The notes beneath the pieces are model-generated. The model did not search any database, was not told the DNA's origin, and was given only the letters and a program-made list of their open reading frames with translations. A DNA stretch of 64,000 nucleotides from positions 705,908 to 769,907 of the forward strand of contig CAVWHX010000003.1 in the NCBI GenBank assembly GCA_963754925.1, given 5' to 3'. Position 1 is the stretch's first letter; the number at the start of each line of letters is the position of its first letter. Shown in pieces: positions 39,051 to 50,634 of the stretch. Position numbers and translations under genes: made by a program. This stretch comes from an uncultured delta proteobacterium (GTDB lineage Bacteria > Myxococcota > B64-G9).

Positions 39051-40571
39051 TTATTCTTTCTCGAACAGATCAACCAAGGATTGATCGAGGCTGGCCCGGC
39101 GCGCGCGCGTTTTGGCCCACTCGCGGAGGCTTTTTATCTTTTCCTCGTAGGTCACGTACAGCGGCACAATCAGATCGAGCTCCTGCTGGATGTCGCGCGT
39201 CTGCACCTCGCGCTTGCCCGCGAAGGCTCGAAACATCCCGGCCAGCACGCCCTGTTCGAGTTCGGCGCCGGAAAAATGCTCGCTCTGTCGCGCCAACGTG
39301 TCGAGGTCGAATGCGTGTGGATCGCGCTTGCGTTTGTTAAGATGTATGGAAAGGATCGATTTGCGTTCGTGCACGTCGGGCAAGTCAACGAAAAAGATCT
39401 CGTCGAATCGTCCTTTCCGCAGGAGCTCGGGGGGCAACTGTTCTACCTCGTTGGCCGTAGCCACCACAAAGACCGGGGCCTGCTTCTCCTGCAACCAGGT
39501 GATGAAGCTGCCAAACACGCGGGTCGAGCTGCCGCCTCCTGCACCCGTTTCGGCAAAGCCTTTTTCAATCTCATCCACCCACAGCACGACCGGTGCCAGC
39601 GATTCAGCCACCAGGATGGCGCGGCGCATGGCACTCTCCGGCGAACCCGATCCAAAAACCGCGGCCAGATCGAGGCGCACCAGCGGCAGGTGGAACGTGC
39701 CGGCCACGGCTTTGGCGGTGAGGCTTTTGCCGCAGCCCTGAACGCCGATTAACAGCAATCCCTTGGGGGCCGGAAGACCGTACCGCGCCGCCTCGTCATC
39801 AAAGGCCTGGCTGCGGTGACGCACCCAACGCTTGACTTCTTCCATGCCGCCGACGTGATCGAGATCTTCGTCGAGATCGAAAAAATCAAGCACCTCGCTC
39901 TTGCGGATGGCTTGCTTTTTCTCCTCGACAATGAGCGACAGGTCATCGAGCTTGAACCCGCCGCCCTTGCGCAAGGCCTTGGTGAACACCCGGCGGGCCT
40001 CATTCTCGGTCAGACCGCGCGCGGCGCGGATGACGCCGGCCAAAAAATCCTCGGGAAAGATCACCTTTTCCTCATCGCACACGTGCCGAAGCAACGCGTC
40101 GAGCTCGACCGGGCTCGGCAAGGGAACGTCGACGATAGTTAGGTCTTTCTCCAACTCGGGCGGGATCACCAAAACCGGCGAGAGGATAATCAACGTATGC
40201 TTAACCCGTTCAAGCACCGGCAGCAGCTCGCGCAAGCGCCTAACCACCACAGGATCACTCAAGCAGATATGAAAATCGCACAACACCGTGACGCCGGTCT
40301 CCGCCGTGCGCAGCGAGGATAACAGTCGCAGCGGATCGCGGTTGTCCGAAGCCGTCGGAGCGACCGCGGCGGTTGGAGAGACCGCGCCTGCGTGTGCGCC
40401 GGGGTGGATGGGATCCTCGCCGGCGCAGTTCCACACCCGGGCGTCATGTGCCAGCGGCTTGAGCGCTTCAAGGATCAACCGCCGCCCGCGCTCTTCCTCG
40501 TGCGTCACCATATAGACCAGCGGGTAGCCGGACGTGAAGAGCAGGCGCAGTTCTTCGGAGATGTTGTGCAT
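39051..40571 (-). CDS. Ycf46-like AAA ATPase
   Basis: THEEER, GVQGCGKS, LWVDEIEK and PPELLRKGRFDEIFFVDLP motifs. Confidence 0.85.
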   Translation of the reverse strand: MHNISEELRLLFTSGYPLVYMVTHEEERGRRLILEALKPLAHDARVWNCAGEDPIHPGAHAGAVSPTAAVAPTASDNRDPLRLLSSLRTAETGVTVLCDFHICLSDPVVVRRLRELLPVLERVKHTLIILSPVLVIPPELEKDLTIVDVPLPSPVELDALLRHVCDEEKVIFPEDFLAGVIRAARGLTENEARRVFTKALRKGGGFKLDDLSLIVEEKKQAIRKSEVLDFFDLDEDLDHVGGMEEVKRWVRHRSQAFDDEAARYGLPAPKGLLLIGVQGCGKSLTAKAVAGTFHLPLVRLDLAAVFGSGSPESAMRRAILVAESLAPVVLWVDEIEKGFAETGAGGGSSTRVFGSFITWLQEKQAPVFVVATANEVEQLPPELLRKGRFDEIFFVDLPDVHERKSILSIHLNKRKRDPHAFDLDTLARQSEHFSGAELEQGVLAGMFRAFAGKREVQTRDIQQELDLIVPLYVTYEEKIKSLREWAKTRARRASLDQSLVDLFEKE

Positions 40572-40584
40572 GGAGCCCCTTGTG

Positions 40585-42384
40585 TCACTCGGAGGTCACG
40601 CGGATAATTTCCTCGAAGCTCGTCACCCCCTGGGCAAGCTTTTTGATCGCGACCTCGCGCAAGGTGAGCAAGCCGTCCAGGCGGGCAACTTTCATGATTT
40701 CCTTGGAGTCGGCGCGCTCATTTATTAAGCGAACGATTTTGTCGTTGACCGGCAGCACCTCGTAGATCGCCGTCCGACCGTAGTAACCGGTGCCGCGGCA
40801 TGCCGGGCAACCCTCGCCGTAAAACACCGGCAGCTTCTTGGTGTTATCCTCCGGAAGCTTCATCCGTAGGGCGCTAATCTCGTCCGGGGTAAGATACGTC
40901 CTTTTCTTGCAGTGTTGACAGATCGTGCGCGCCAAGCGTTGGGCGATCACACCAATCAACGTGGAAGAGAGCAGAAACGGCTCTATACCGAGGTCGAACA
41001 TGCGGCTTATGGCCGAGCCCGAGTCGTTGGTGTGCAAGGTGGCAAACACTAGGTGCCCGGTCAGGGCGGCCTGGACGGCATTGGCGGCCGTCTCGGGGTC
41101 TCGGATCTCGCCCACCATGATGATATCGGGATCTTGCCTGAGAATGGTGCGCAAGGCCGAGGCGAAGGTGATGCCGATGTTTGGCTGGACTGCCACCTGG
41201 TTGAAATCGTCCACCACCATTTCGATCGGGTCTTCGATCGAGACGATGTTGACGTCCGGTCCCGATAGGTACTTGAGCGACGAATACAAGGTGGTGGTCT
41301 TGCCGCTGCCGGTCGGGCCGGTGACTAAGATCATCCCGTTGGGGCGCTGCAGGAACGATTCGAACAGCTTGTACTCGCGCTGGTAAAAACCGAGCGCCGA
41401 GAGGTCCTGCAGCAGCAGCGCCGGATCAAAAATTCTGATAACTACCTTCTCGCCGAATGCCACCGGGAGCGTCGAAACGCGCAGTTCGGTCTCCTGCTCG
41501 CCGCTGCCGGTCTTGATGCGGCCGTCTTGCGGGCGGCGCTTTTCGGCGATGTCCATGCGCGCCAGCATTTTGATGCGCGACACCACCGCCGCGTGCACCA
41601 CCCGCGGCAACGTTGTTATCGGGTGCAGGACGCCGTCGATGCGCACGCGCCAATGGCTGAACTCGCGATGCGGCTCGATATGAATGTCCGAGGCCCGCTG
41701 ATCAAAAGCGTAGTGCAGCATGTACTCAACCGCGTTGACCACATGCTTGTCGTTGGCCTCGAGTTCGTCGACGTTCTTGAGCTTTACGAGTTGTTCGAGG
41801 TTGCCGATGTCCACGCTCACTGCCATGGTGTCGGCGGCGGCCTTGACGCTGCTGCGAAAACCGTAGACCTCGGTAATCAAGCGTTGGATATCGGCCTTGG
41901 ACGATATCATTGGCTGAATGCTGTAACCGGTGATACGCCGTAGCTCCTCGATCAATTCGGCATCAAACGGGTCGGACATGGCCACCTGCAGCTCGCTGTT
42001 AACCAAAGCCAACACCAGCACGCTGTGTCGCCGTGCAAACGGCCGCGATAGCAGCGAGGTCACGAGCTTCATGTCCAGTTTGAGCGGATCTATTTTCTTA
42101 TAGGGTAACCCGGCCTCCTCGGCCAGCACCTGGGCCAAACGGTCCTCGGTCAGACGTGCGTCTTTTTCCCCCAACACCGGCAAATTAAAAGACGCGATCA
42201 GTTCTGCCGCGCTGATGTCCGCGCGTTTACGCGACTGCGCCTGGGTGCGACCGCGCTCGCGCTGCAGCCGCTGACGTTGGGGGCCCTCCTTGATCAAAAC
42301 CTCGCGAACCTGGCCTTCATTAAGCAGCCCTCGCTCAAGGAGAAGCGTGCAGAGGGATTGGAGATCGAGTGTCTGCAAGGTCAT
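40585..42384 (-). CDS. GspE/PilB-family secretion ATPase
   Basis: ASDIHIEP, GPTGSGKTTT, EDPIE, RQDPDIIMVGEIRD, TGHLVFATLHTN and a CxxC...CxxC zinc motif. Confidence 0.92.
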   Translation of the reverse strand: MTLQTLDLQSLCTLLLERGLLNEGQVREVLIKEGPQRQRLQRERGRTQAQSRKRADISAAELIASFNLPVLGEKDARLTEDRLAQVLAEEAGLPYKKIDPLKLDMKLVTSLLSRPFARRHSVLVLALVNSELQVAMSDPFDAELIEELRRITGYSIQPMISSKADIQRLITEVYGFRSSVKAAADTMAVSVDIGNLEQLVKLKNVDELEANDKHVVNAVEYMLHYAFDQRASDIHIEPHREFSHWRVRIDGVLHPITTLPRVVHAAVVSRIKMLARMDIAEKRRPQDGRIKTGSGEQETELRVSTLPVAFGEKVVIRIFDPALLLQDLSALGFYQREYKLFESFLQRPNGMILVTGPTGSGKTTTLYSSLKYLSGPDVNIVSIEDPIEMVVDDFNQVAVQPNIGITFASALRTILRQDPDIIMVGEIRDPETAANAVQAALTGHLVFATLHTNDSGSAISRMFDLGIEPFLLSSTLIGVIAQRLARTICQHCKKRTYLTPDEISALRMKLPEDNTKKLPVFYGEGCPACRGTGYYGRTAIYEVLPVNDKIVRLINERADSKEIMKVARLDGLLTLREVAIKKLAQGVTSFEEIIRVTSE

Positions 42385-42651
42385 GATGAATATCTTGTAA
42401 CACGCGTTTTTCGAGAGTGTCAATGTAACGACAGCTTAGATCCTGTTGCCGCACGATACGCACGGCATTTGGATTGTTGCTGGTTTTCTGTCCGCTGGTA
42501 GATTCTCCCTTTGACTCTTCATCCCCTGACAAGGTATTTGAAAACCAGCCACGATTGCTACTATAATGAGCGCATCGTGAATTAATCAATCAAAGGATTG
42601 TTTCGGGTGTCACCTCCAACAGTATAACGATCACGGAATGCCGCACGTGCA

Positions 42652-44440
42652 ATGAAAGAAACCACGAAAACAACAACGCTCGAAGAATCGGTTAACCTCG
42701 ATCAGGCCAATAGTGCCAGCCGAATCCCCGAGGTGCAGGAATTTTTCGGCCGGCTGCAAAATTCGCTTAGAAGCATTGCCGCCGACTACAATAATACGAG
42801 CCGCTATGACGCGAATCTCAGGCCGGCCTATCAAGCGTTGGCGAACTTTTTCGAACGCTTCGACTCCTTGGCGCTCAACGTCGAACCACTCGCCTTTAAC
42901 TATCTCGACGCCGTGGTCTATCAAGCTGAAGACTCCGATACTAATATAGCCCGTCGCCTCTATCGTGATGGCGTGCGGAGGCTGATCTTTCGTCGCGGAA
43001 TTGCATTCGAGGAATTGCTCGATCTGATACTCACCCTGATTGCCAACATTCGCCTGCCGGGATACGCCCACGACGACGACATAGTCAGCTTGATCTGGAA
43101 ACATGACTTTGGCCACATAGACTATGCCGTGGTTGAGACTATTGCCGTCGGCGCCGAATCCGAAGAGCAAGCCCGGCTCGAAATAGATGCGATCGTTAAC
43201 TATCTTTCTTCGCGCCTTGCTGCCGATTCGCCCGACCAGCTCCGATTCGCGCAGCCGTCGGCAGAGGATTACGAAGCGATGCCCGACGACCTCACACAGG
43301 CCACGGGCGCCCTGGTGGAAGGAAGTCCAGCCAGCTCCGAGGAACGGGCCGCGGTGGTGCGTCAGCTCGCCGAAGAAGATGAAAACCGCATTATGCCCAG
43401 GCTGATAACAATTATCTTCAAGGTCCTCGAAGGAGAATTTGACCAGGATCTGGGGCAGGCGATTGAGGAGATCGTTATCCAACTTTTGGATAGATTTCTC
43501 CTGTATGAGGACTTCCGCAGTATTAATAAGATCCTGGGCAAGTTCGAGAACCTCCTGAGCCGTCGCCCGCCATCGGGCAACCTTGCTATGATCAACCAGA
43601 TCCGTAAGCTCTTCCTCATGAAAATGGGCGAACCGGAACGTATCAACCGCGTCGCCAGCATCGTGGATTCGAGCGCGGAACTCAACCAGCGTGACGAAAT
43701 CCGTCAGTATCTCAACGCTCTTGATGAGGCCTCGTTGGTGCCCATGCTTCAGGCGCTCGAGCAAACCGATAATCCGCGCGCCCGCCCGCTCTGGCGTGAT
43801 GCGCTGGCCGTCGTAGGCAAGAAGCGGATCGAGCTTTTCACGCGCCGATTGAGTAGCGATAAAAGCACCTTCGTGCAGGATCTGCTCGCGATCATCGGCA
43901 CCATTGACCCGAATAGCCGTATCAAGGCCATGACCGCTCTGCTCCACCATCCGGCGTTAGACGTCCGGATCGAGGCGCTGTCGACCCTGGCGGCCGACGG
44001 CAACCAGGCCGGCCTGCCGTACGTTCTCAAGGCGCTCGACGATAGCGACGCTCGCCTGCGTATGACTGCCGCGCGGCTCCTGGTCAATTTCGACCCCTCT
44101 ATGGCCGCCGCCACACTGATGAAACTCGTTAAACATTCTGGTTTTAAAGAAATCAGCGAGCGAGCAAATGGCTTTCTATGCAGCCTTGGCCATGACCAAC
44201 ACCACCGAAGCGCTGGCATACTTCCGCGATCAGCTGCACGCCTATCAACTGCTGGCTCGGAAAAAACTCATAGAGGCCAAGTGCCTACTGGTTGATGGGC
44301 TGGCGCAATCCGGCTCTATCGTTGTTTTCAAGTTCCTTAAAAGTGAGTTGGAGGCGGGCATATCAGAAGCCGAGGTACGATCGGCAGCCGAACAAGCGTG
44401 TTCCCGCCTCAGAGAAACGCTGCTGGGAGAGAAGCCCTAA
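42652..44440 (+). CDS. HEAT-repeat protein; frameshift near 44160
   Basis: LYRDGVRRLIFRRG segment and HEAT repeats (VRIEAL, ALDDSDARLRMTAA). The C-terminus continues in the 44168-44440 frame. Confidence 0.7.
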
Positions 44441-44449
44441 CGCGCCGAG

Positions 44450-45334
44450 GTGACCACCATGGCCGACCATCCAACATCGCCTGAAGATGATCGAACCGAG
44501 GAAATCGATCTCCTGGAGCTGGCCGATGATCAACCTCCGGTAGCCGTCGACAGCGGTCAGGTCGATGCTCGGCGCCATGCGTTAACTGTTTACGCCCGGA
44601 CCATCTATTACATGCGCTCGTATCTGGCCGGTTTGAGCGGCGAAGGCACGCCGATCTCGCTCAGCAAAGCCGGTCGGTATGTCCAAGACCTCGTGGACAT
44701 TTTCCACGACCAACCTGCTCTCTTTTTAGGCCTCACGACCTTTAAGAATGATGATGAATACTGGTGCTTTCATTCGGTCAATGTCGCGGTGTTGGCAATC
44801 GTCTTGGGATCCCAACTCGGCCTCAACAAGGGGGTGCTACGCGATTTGGGAACCGTCGCGTTGTTTCATGACATTGGCAAGATTGACCTCAACTCCGAAA
44901 TCTTACTCAAAAACGGCAGGCTCAACCCCGACGAGGAACAACAACTTCGCAAAGCTCCCCTGTTTTCCGTCATCAGGCTCCTGCGAACGAGACAAATTAA
45001 CCGCGCCACCATCCAAGGCATTCTCACCGCCATGGAACACAATACTTATTTTCGCCCGCCCATTAAAGACCTGCGGGGCAACACTTCGTTTGTTGTCGAG
45101 CGCACCGATCTCGGGGTCTTCTCCAAAATCATCGCCATCGCCAATACCTTCGATGCCCTGACGTCGCGTCGTCCTTTTCGCAAGGCATATAGCCCCGAAA
45201 TCGCCATGGCGTTGATGTGGTCTGAGCTGCATAATAAATTCGATCCTCTCTATCTGCGGGTCTTCATGAACGTCATGAACATTCCGGCCGTCCGGGTTCC
45301 GCCCCTACCGAACGAAAGAATCATCTTTTTTTAG
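44450..45334 (+). CDS. HD-GYP-like domain protein
   Basis: HSVNVA, FHDIGK and IIAIANTFDALTSRRPFR motifs; the GYP motif is absent. Confidence 0.8.
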   Translation: MTTMADHPTSPEDDRTEEIDLLELADDQPPVAVDSGQVDARRHALTVYARTIYYMRSYLAGLSGEGTPISLSKAGRYVQDLVDIFHDQPALFLGLTTFKNDDEYWCFHSVNVAVLAIVLGSQLGLNKGVLRDLGTVALFHDIGKIDLNSEILLKNGRLNPDEEQQLRKAPLFSVIRLLRTRQINRATIQGILTAMEHNTYFRPPIKDLRGNTSFVVERTDLGVFSKIIAIANTFDALTSRRPFRKAYSPEIAMALMWSELHNKFDPLYLRVFMNVMNIPAVRVPPLPNERIIFF

Positions 45335-45337
45335 TAC

Positions 45338-46228
45338 TTAGCTTTCAGAAGGCGTTTGGGTCTTCTGGGCTGCTGCGCCGTGGCCGGCAAGTTTATCGAC
45401 AATAAGGTCAACAACCGTCTGAGAGAAGGCGAGCGTTAAGTGTCCGCGGAAGCGAAGGGTAAAGTTATCGCCGCGGGGAGAAAGAGAACCCTGCCAGGGC
45501 AGCACCAGGTTATCATGAGTGCTGCAGATGCCGATGTAGCACACGTCTGGGGGGACTGATCGGGCGTTGAGTTGCTTCAAGAAGGCGCTCTCGCGTTCCA
45601 TCTGGCGCGCGTTCTTTCCGAGGGTAAACGGAGCCAGGGCGCTCCCCAAATGCGGCGCCCCCACGGTCACCAGATAGCCAACCATGCCGGCGAGCCCCAA
45701 CTGCTCGACCAACACCCGCGCCAACAGGCCACCCATGCCATGGCCAACGAGATCGATCTGGCGAGCGTCGCTTTCCGAAAGCCACCGGTCGATTTGACGG
45801 CGATAGTCGTTCGCGAGCAATTCGATGGTCCCGAAATAACGTGACGGCGTTAAGGCTTTAACCGGTATGCCGAGAGCTCGTTCCAATCGGCGGCGCATGA
45901 CCGCCATGGTCGCAGCGTTCTCCAGATATCCCGGCAGAAGCGCCATTATTCGTGGGTATCCGGTTGGGGGAAGCGCGGAACGCGAGCGGCTGGCCCGAAG
46001 CGGCACCAACAAGGCCAGGCACATGGTCACCAACCACTCGACGACGATACCGCGCGCCCGATCGATCAGACGGCGCGGGAGCGGCTGACGAGCCGAATCT
46101 CCCGGTGGACGTTGGAACACCTTGAGGGCAAGCGCACAGCTGGCCACGACGAAAATCGCCGCAACCACCACGAGCGTCAGTGCGGCGGCTGCCGCACCCG
46201 AAAGCACCCATGCAACCTCAGAAGACAT
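45338..46228 (-). CDS. Membrane-anchored alpha/beta hydrolase (lipase-like) whose nucleophile motif reads GHGMG
   Basis: LVGHGMGGL, VGAPHLGS, HDNLV and GH motifs; N-terminal TM segments. Confidence 0.75.
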   Translation of the reverse strand: MSSEVAWVLSGAAAAALTLVVVAAIFVVASCALALKVFQRPPGDSARQPLPRRLIDRARGIVVEWLVTMCLALLVPLRASRSRSALPPTGYPRIMALLPGYLENAATMAVMRRRLERALGIPVKALTPSRYFGTIELLANDYRRQIDRWLSESDARQIDLVGHGMGGLLARVLVEQLGLAGMVGYLVTVGAPHLGSALAPFTLGKNARQMERESAFLKQLNARSVPPDVCYIGICSTHDNLVLPWQGSLSPRGDNFTLRFRGHLTLAFSQTVVDLIVDKLAGHGAAAQKTQTPSES

Positions 46229-47841
46229 TGGTCAATGACAACGCTACCCCGTGATCAAAGTTCTTGTCCGAATTAAACCCAACAGCATAGTACAGGTCAA
46301 GCTGGAAGAGATCGAGGATCAGGACATGAAACCCCAGACCGAAAGAATCTGCGGCCTTGGCTTTTTCGATGCGGCGCCCTTGTTCGTCCGGGTCCAAAGC
46401 GCCAAAGACCGCCAGATCGTGGAACACGCTAATTTTGTAGACATCACGGCTGATCGAGAGGCGATATTCAAGCGAAAGATTGGCGACCCGCCTGACATAG
46501 TAGCGGTTCCCAAAAACGCCACGCACATAGCGCCCACCCACCGGTTCTTCGTCGTCAAATATCACTCCGTCACCCAACAGCCATACAGCACTCTGATTTA
46601 AGGCGCAGGTCGTTCCAGCCGAAAGAAAATATTTTTTGATAGTACACGTGCAACCGATCGAACTGCCCGCTGGGGATGGACCAAATATGGCGCTCCTCGA
46701 ACAAGAGCAGGTGACGGTAGTCCCGATGCAACTCGTTGGGGTTAACCTGCCACTCCACCCGTGCCAATGCAAAAGGGCGGAACTGGTTGGACGTCGATAC
46801 GATGGGAGTCGGTATCGTGGTGTCATGGTTGATGTGCACTATTCCAAAAAAGTAGAGCTGCCCCACGCCGCCGCCCACGGAGGCGAACAGCCCGGGCATG
46901 ATATCATAGCCGAGATTAAGCGAGCCTTCCAAACGCTCGCTGTAGTAGGTATCGATCTTCAAGTCAGCGCGTTGGCGACTTGTCAAATCGCTCACCAACC
47001 ATAGAAATGGCCGAAAGCCGATCCCGAACAAGGGCGGGGTGTAGTAGTGTCCGCCAACTTTGAAACGAGTGGGCGCAAGGTACGTTTTGGTGCTATCAAG
47101 ATGCGTGCGTAACTCTCCTCCCACCGCGCTCTCGACCAGCCAGCGATCGTCGTTAAACAGCAAATTTTTGCTCCGGTAGTCAATGCCGGGCTCAAAGCCG
47201 TCCGGAAAATCATAGCTGAGACTAATGCCCATCCCGGTCCCCCAGTCCTTGTTGCCGACCGTGATCCACAATTCGTAGCGACTTTCAGGAGGGATGAGGT
47301 CGCTACCCTGAACCGTCCAGAAATTCGGCAACTGCGGACCGGTGTGTTCAATCGGGCTCGTCGGAACCAGCTTATAGGTCACGTCATGGAAGCCATACTT
47401 CTCGCCGAACTGCTTAAGCTGCCGACGTATCGAAATCTGATTAAAAATGTGGTTTGGCAGGTTAAGCTCAAGTTTCAACCGAAGGGTCATCAGCGGGCTT
47501 GCTCCAATGAAGACAATCTTGTCGAGGCGTCCCTCGTCTATGGTCACGTCGATTGCATTGTCTATTGGATGAGCTTCAACCGTAGCCAGGACAAAACCGG
47601 ACCGGTATAAAAAGCTGAACAGTTGTCGCACCACGACGTTAGCAGTGGCCTGATCGGCCGCCGCGCCCGGTGGCAGGTACACGATTGCCCGGTAAATTTC
47701 CTCGCCTAACAGGTAATTGCCGTGAATGCGAATTTCCGGCGGATGTTCCGCCGCCCGCGCCGCGGCCACAACCCCGAGCAACCAGAGAGCACTGGCCACG
47801 ATCCACCCCACCCGCAATAAAAATGATTTCGGAACGTTCAT
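46218..47841 (-). CDS. Omp85/TamA-like outer-membrane protein with POTRA-like N-terminus; frameshift near 46590
   Basis: Signal peptide; IRIHGN...YRSGF...VTIDEGRLDKIVFIG (POTRA-like); YVRGVF; SLEYR; C-terminal F. Confidence 0.7.
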
Positions 47842-48086
47842 AAGATATCGAAAGTGAAACGCAGTTGCACCCGCTGCTCGACCTGCAAGTAGTCGCTTAT
47901 TTGCTTGTTTAATTCCAGCCACACGACATGCACCCCCGATCCGACCAGGACGATGTAACAACCAAGGGGGACGATGGTTTTTTTCCCGCATGGGGTGCGT
48001 TCGATGACCTTGCCGTCAGCCATGACGATATAGGGCGGTTCGGCGTACAGCACCACCACGACGAGAAGCGCGAAGCTTACTCTCAT
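47838..48086 (-). CDS. 82-aa protein with a PEGA-like segment
   Basis: ATGA overlaps with both neighbours; AEPP..V.ADGKVIERTP...V..G.H pattern. Confidence 0.5.
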   Translation of the reverse strand: MRVSFALLVVVVLYAEPPYIVMADGKVIERTPCGKKTIVPLGCYIVLVGSGVHVVWLELNKQISDYLQVEQRVQLRFTFDIL

Positions 48087-48784
48087 GGTGAACCCACTCC
48101 GTCGGTCAACGTCGTTTGGCGGGAAGTTTCCGACCCGGCACGCTTGTCGAAAAACACCCGCAGTTGCTTGGTGGTTGTGACGAGCTCCTCCTCGACTAAT
48201 TCGCTCAGCGCCTTGACCACGTAAACCGGGGCCTTGTTGTACACTCGCTTCTTAAGGTCCGTCGAGCGAGACCAGACGACCCGCTGATCGCCGAAGCGCG
48301 TCAGGTATAACGTATACGCCAAGTGGGCGGACCACTCATCGCCGGCATCCAGCTCTTCAATCGCGTCGACCGTTCCGGAAAGCTCGTAGTCAGCACGCCG
48401 GTCGCCCAACTCGCGGGCAACGGTCTCGAAGAGCTTTTCCTGCTCAAGGTGCCGGGCGATAAGGTCGGTCAGCATCTTCTGCGGTTTCACCGCCCACATC
48501 ATGTAGTCGTAGTACATAAACTCATAGGGCGAATAGCGGTACACAATCCGTTCCTGATCGTAGGCCGGGCTAATCTCAAGCTGGCGCAGATGCACTGCTA
48601 TCGGCAGCGGCGTTCCTTTGCCTGCCGACGGCAGCACGGTATAGGCCATCGTAAAGTAGCGGTTCTGCGGGACCGCGCTGCATGAAAGAAAACCCCCCGT
48701 CGTGAGGCCGACCAACCATAGCAGACCGTTGGCCGCGGTAAGCCAACGCGATACGCTACCTACTGTTCTTGTTCGTTGATGCAT
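48083..48784 (-). CDS. pqiC: PqiC-like ABC-transport auxiliary lipoprotein
   Basis: Lipobox FLSC; RIVYR...YYDY..WA..P; DYELSG motifs. Confidence 0.8.
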   Translation of the reverse strand: MHQRTRTVGSVSRWLTAANGLLWLVGLTTGGFLSCSAVPQNRYFTMAYTVLPSAGKGTPLPIAVHLRQLEISPAYDQERIVYRYSPYEFMYYDYMMWAVKPQKMLTDLIARHLEQEKLFETVARELGDRRADYELSGTVDAIEELDAGDEWSAHLAYTLYLTRFGDQRVVWSRSTDLKKRVYNKAPVYVVKALSELVEEELVTTTKQLRVFFDKRAGSETSRQTTLTDGVGSP

Positions 48785-48810
48785 AGGGCACCTTCCGGTA
48801 AATGATAGAC

Positions 48811-49824
48811 TTAGGGTATTTGTCGCTCGCGACGTTCGGGTGATTTTAACAACCGCGTGGGATCCTCGCGCACCAAACGGCTAAAGTCGCGAAGATTCTC
48901 GGCCGTTTCGGATAAAAAGCGAAACGTCGTACGAATGTCCTCTTGGCCGCGAACCACGAGCGTGTTGATTTTTTCCGTCAGGGTGTTCAGCCGGTTCAAC
49001 AGTTGGTTGAGGTTCTTGGTCGCCTTACCTAACTCTTCGTCGCCCAAACGCCGGCGAACATCACCCACGGCTGCCCGTGAGTCATCGACCAAGCCGCCGA
49101 TATGCTTGTTGTCGAGCATCGATTCAATCGAATGTCGCACCCCGCCCACCGCCTCGCGCGTCTCGACCGCGGTCGCGCGCAATTCTGCCACGAAACCGGC
49201 TAAATTTTCTGACGCGGTCGACAGGTTGGTGATCAACCGATTGACTTGGTCGGCGTTTTTTTCGACCGTCTGGTCGACCGTATTCATGAGGGTGCTGGCC
49301 CGTTCGAGAACCGTGGAGACCAACGCGCGGTTGTGATCGCTGGTCAAATCCAACAACCGTGAGGCGAGCAGGTCAACCTTGAGAGAAATGGCCTCGGCCT
49401 GACCGGTCAATGATTCCATGGCTGAGGCTCCGGCCTGCACCTCTGAACCCGGCGGAAGGGTTTTCGCCTCCGAGGTCCCGCCGACCAACTCGATAAACTT
49501 CAATCCGGTTATGCCCTGGACGTTGAGGGTCGCCCGGGTGTTTTCCTTAATGGGAGTGCCGGCGTCCAAGCTGAACGCGACGATGGTTTGCGAGACTTTT
49601 TCGGGATCGATGCTGGTCGATTCCACCCTGCCGACGCGCACACCGTTGTATTTTACCGGGGCGCCAACCTCCAACCCCGAGACCGAGACATCATAGCGCA
49701 CGGTATAGTGATCGCGTTGCTCCCAGAAGCTTCGGCCGAGGATCGCCGCCACCAAACCCAACAAGATCAGCAGACAAACGGCCACGAACAACCCCAACCG
49801 TATTCTTTGGGCAGGTGTGATCAT
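48811..49824 (-). CDS. mlaD: MCE/MlaD protein with a long helical C-terminus
   Basis: VSGLEVGAPVKYNGVRVGRV, QGITGLKFIEL and C-terminal DPTRLL motifs. Confidence 0.9.
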   Translation of the reverse strand: MITPAQRIRLGLFVAVCLLILLGLVAAILGRSFWEQRDHYTVRYDVSVSGLEVGAPVKYNGVRVGRVESTSIDPEKVSQTIVAFSLDAGTPIKENTRATLNVQGITGLKFIELVGGTSEAKTLPPGSEVQAGASAMESLTGQAEAISLKVDLLASRLLDLTSDHNRALVSTVLERASTLMNTVDQTVEKNADQVNRLITNLSTASENLAGFVAELRATAVETREAVGGVRHSIESMLDNKHIGGLVDDSRAAVGDVRRRLGDEELGKATKNLNQLLNRLNTLTEKINTLVVRGQEDIRTTFRFLSETAENLRDFSRLVREDPTRLLKSPERRERQIP

Positions 49825-50630
49825 ATGGTTTCCTCCCCCCGTTGATGCTGAAAGTGCTCGAGCAGGGTTCCCGCGCTGCCGTCGCCGCCCGGGGCGCGTC
49901 GGGCAAAGAAATCGTGCACCGTAGGCTGGGTCGAGCGTTTGGCCGCTTCCAGCGTCCCGTTGAACACCAGTCCCCCGTCACTAAGCATTACCACCCGATT
50001 GGCGATTGCTTCGATGCTGCTGAGTTCGTGGGTCACCACCAGAAGCGTCATATGCATGGTCGTTTGCAGCGACAGCAATAGTTGGTCGAGCCCGGCCGCC
50101 GTGACCGGATCCAATCCGGCCGTCGGCTCATCGCATAATAACAGCTCCGGGTCGAGCGCCAGGGCCCGCGCCAGGGCGGCTCTCTTTTTCATTCCTCCCG
50201 ATAACTCGGGAGGAGTTTTCTCGGCGGCGGTTTCCATCCCAACTTGAGCGAGCTTCAAGCGCACCAGCCGCTTGACAATGTTTTCAGGCAGGCTGCGATG
50301 CTGGCGAATCGGCAGGGCCACGTTGTCGGCCACCGTCATCGAGTTAAGCAACGCGCCGCCCTGGAATAAAAGCCCCAGTCGGGTGCGCAGGGTTGACAGC
50401 CGTCCTTCATCGATACCGTTTAGATCTTCACCGAACAACCGCACCATGCCTGCCTGCGGCGTAAGCAACCCCACCGCAGCCTTCAGCAGGGTGCTTTTAC
50501 CGCACCCACTGGGGCCGGCCACCACCAGGAGCTCACCACGTCTCAGACCTACCGTGACGTCGCGCAGCACCGGCTGATCGCCGTACCCAAGGGTCACGTC
50601 CTTAAATTCGAGCAGCTCGTCGGCCACCAT
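49821..50630 (-). CDS. mlaF: MlaF-type ABC ATPase
   Basis: [32 protein letters not shown] and DEPTAGLDP motifs. Confidence 0.9.
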   Translation of the reverse strand: MVADELLEFKDVTLGYGDQPVLRDVTVGLRRGELLVVAGPSGCGKSTLLKAAVGLLTPQAGMVRLFGEDLNGIDEGRLSTLRTRLGLLFQGGALLNSMTVADNVALPIRQHRSLPENIVKRLVRLKLAQVGMETAAEKTPPELSGGMKKRAALARALALDPELLLCDEPTAGLDPVTAAGLDQLLLSLQTTMHMTLLVVTHELSSIEAIANRVVMLSDGGLVFNGTLEAAKRSTQPTVHDFFARRAPGGDGSAGTLLEHFQHQRGEETI

Positions 50631-50634
50631 TGCC

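Noticed and set aside
42631..43950. 439-aa minus-strand ORF and other long antisense ORFs (e.g. 16590-17519, 39024-39752)
   Set aside because: They are shadows of well-supported genes on the opposite strand and carry no recognisable motifs.
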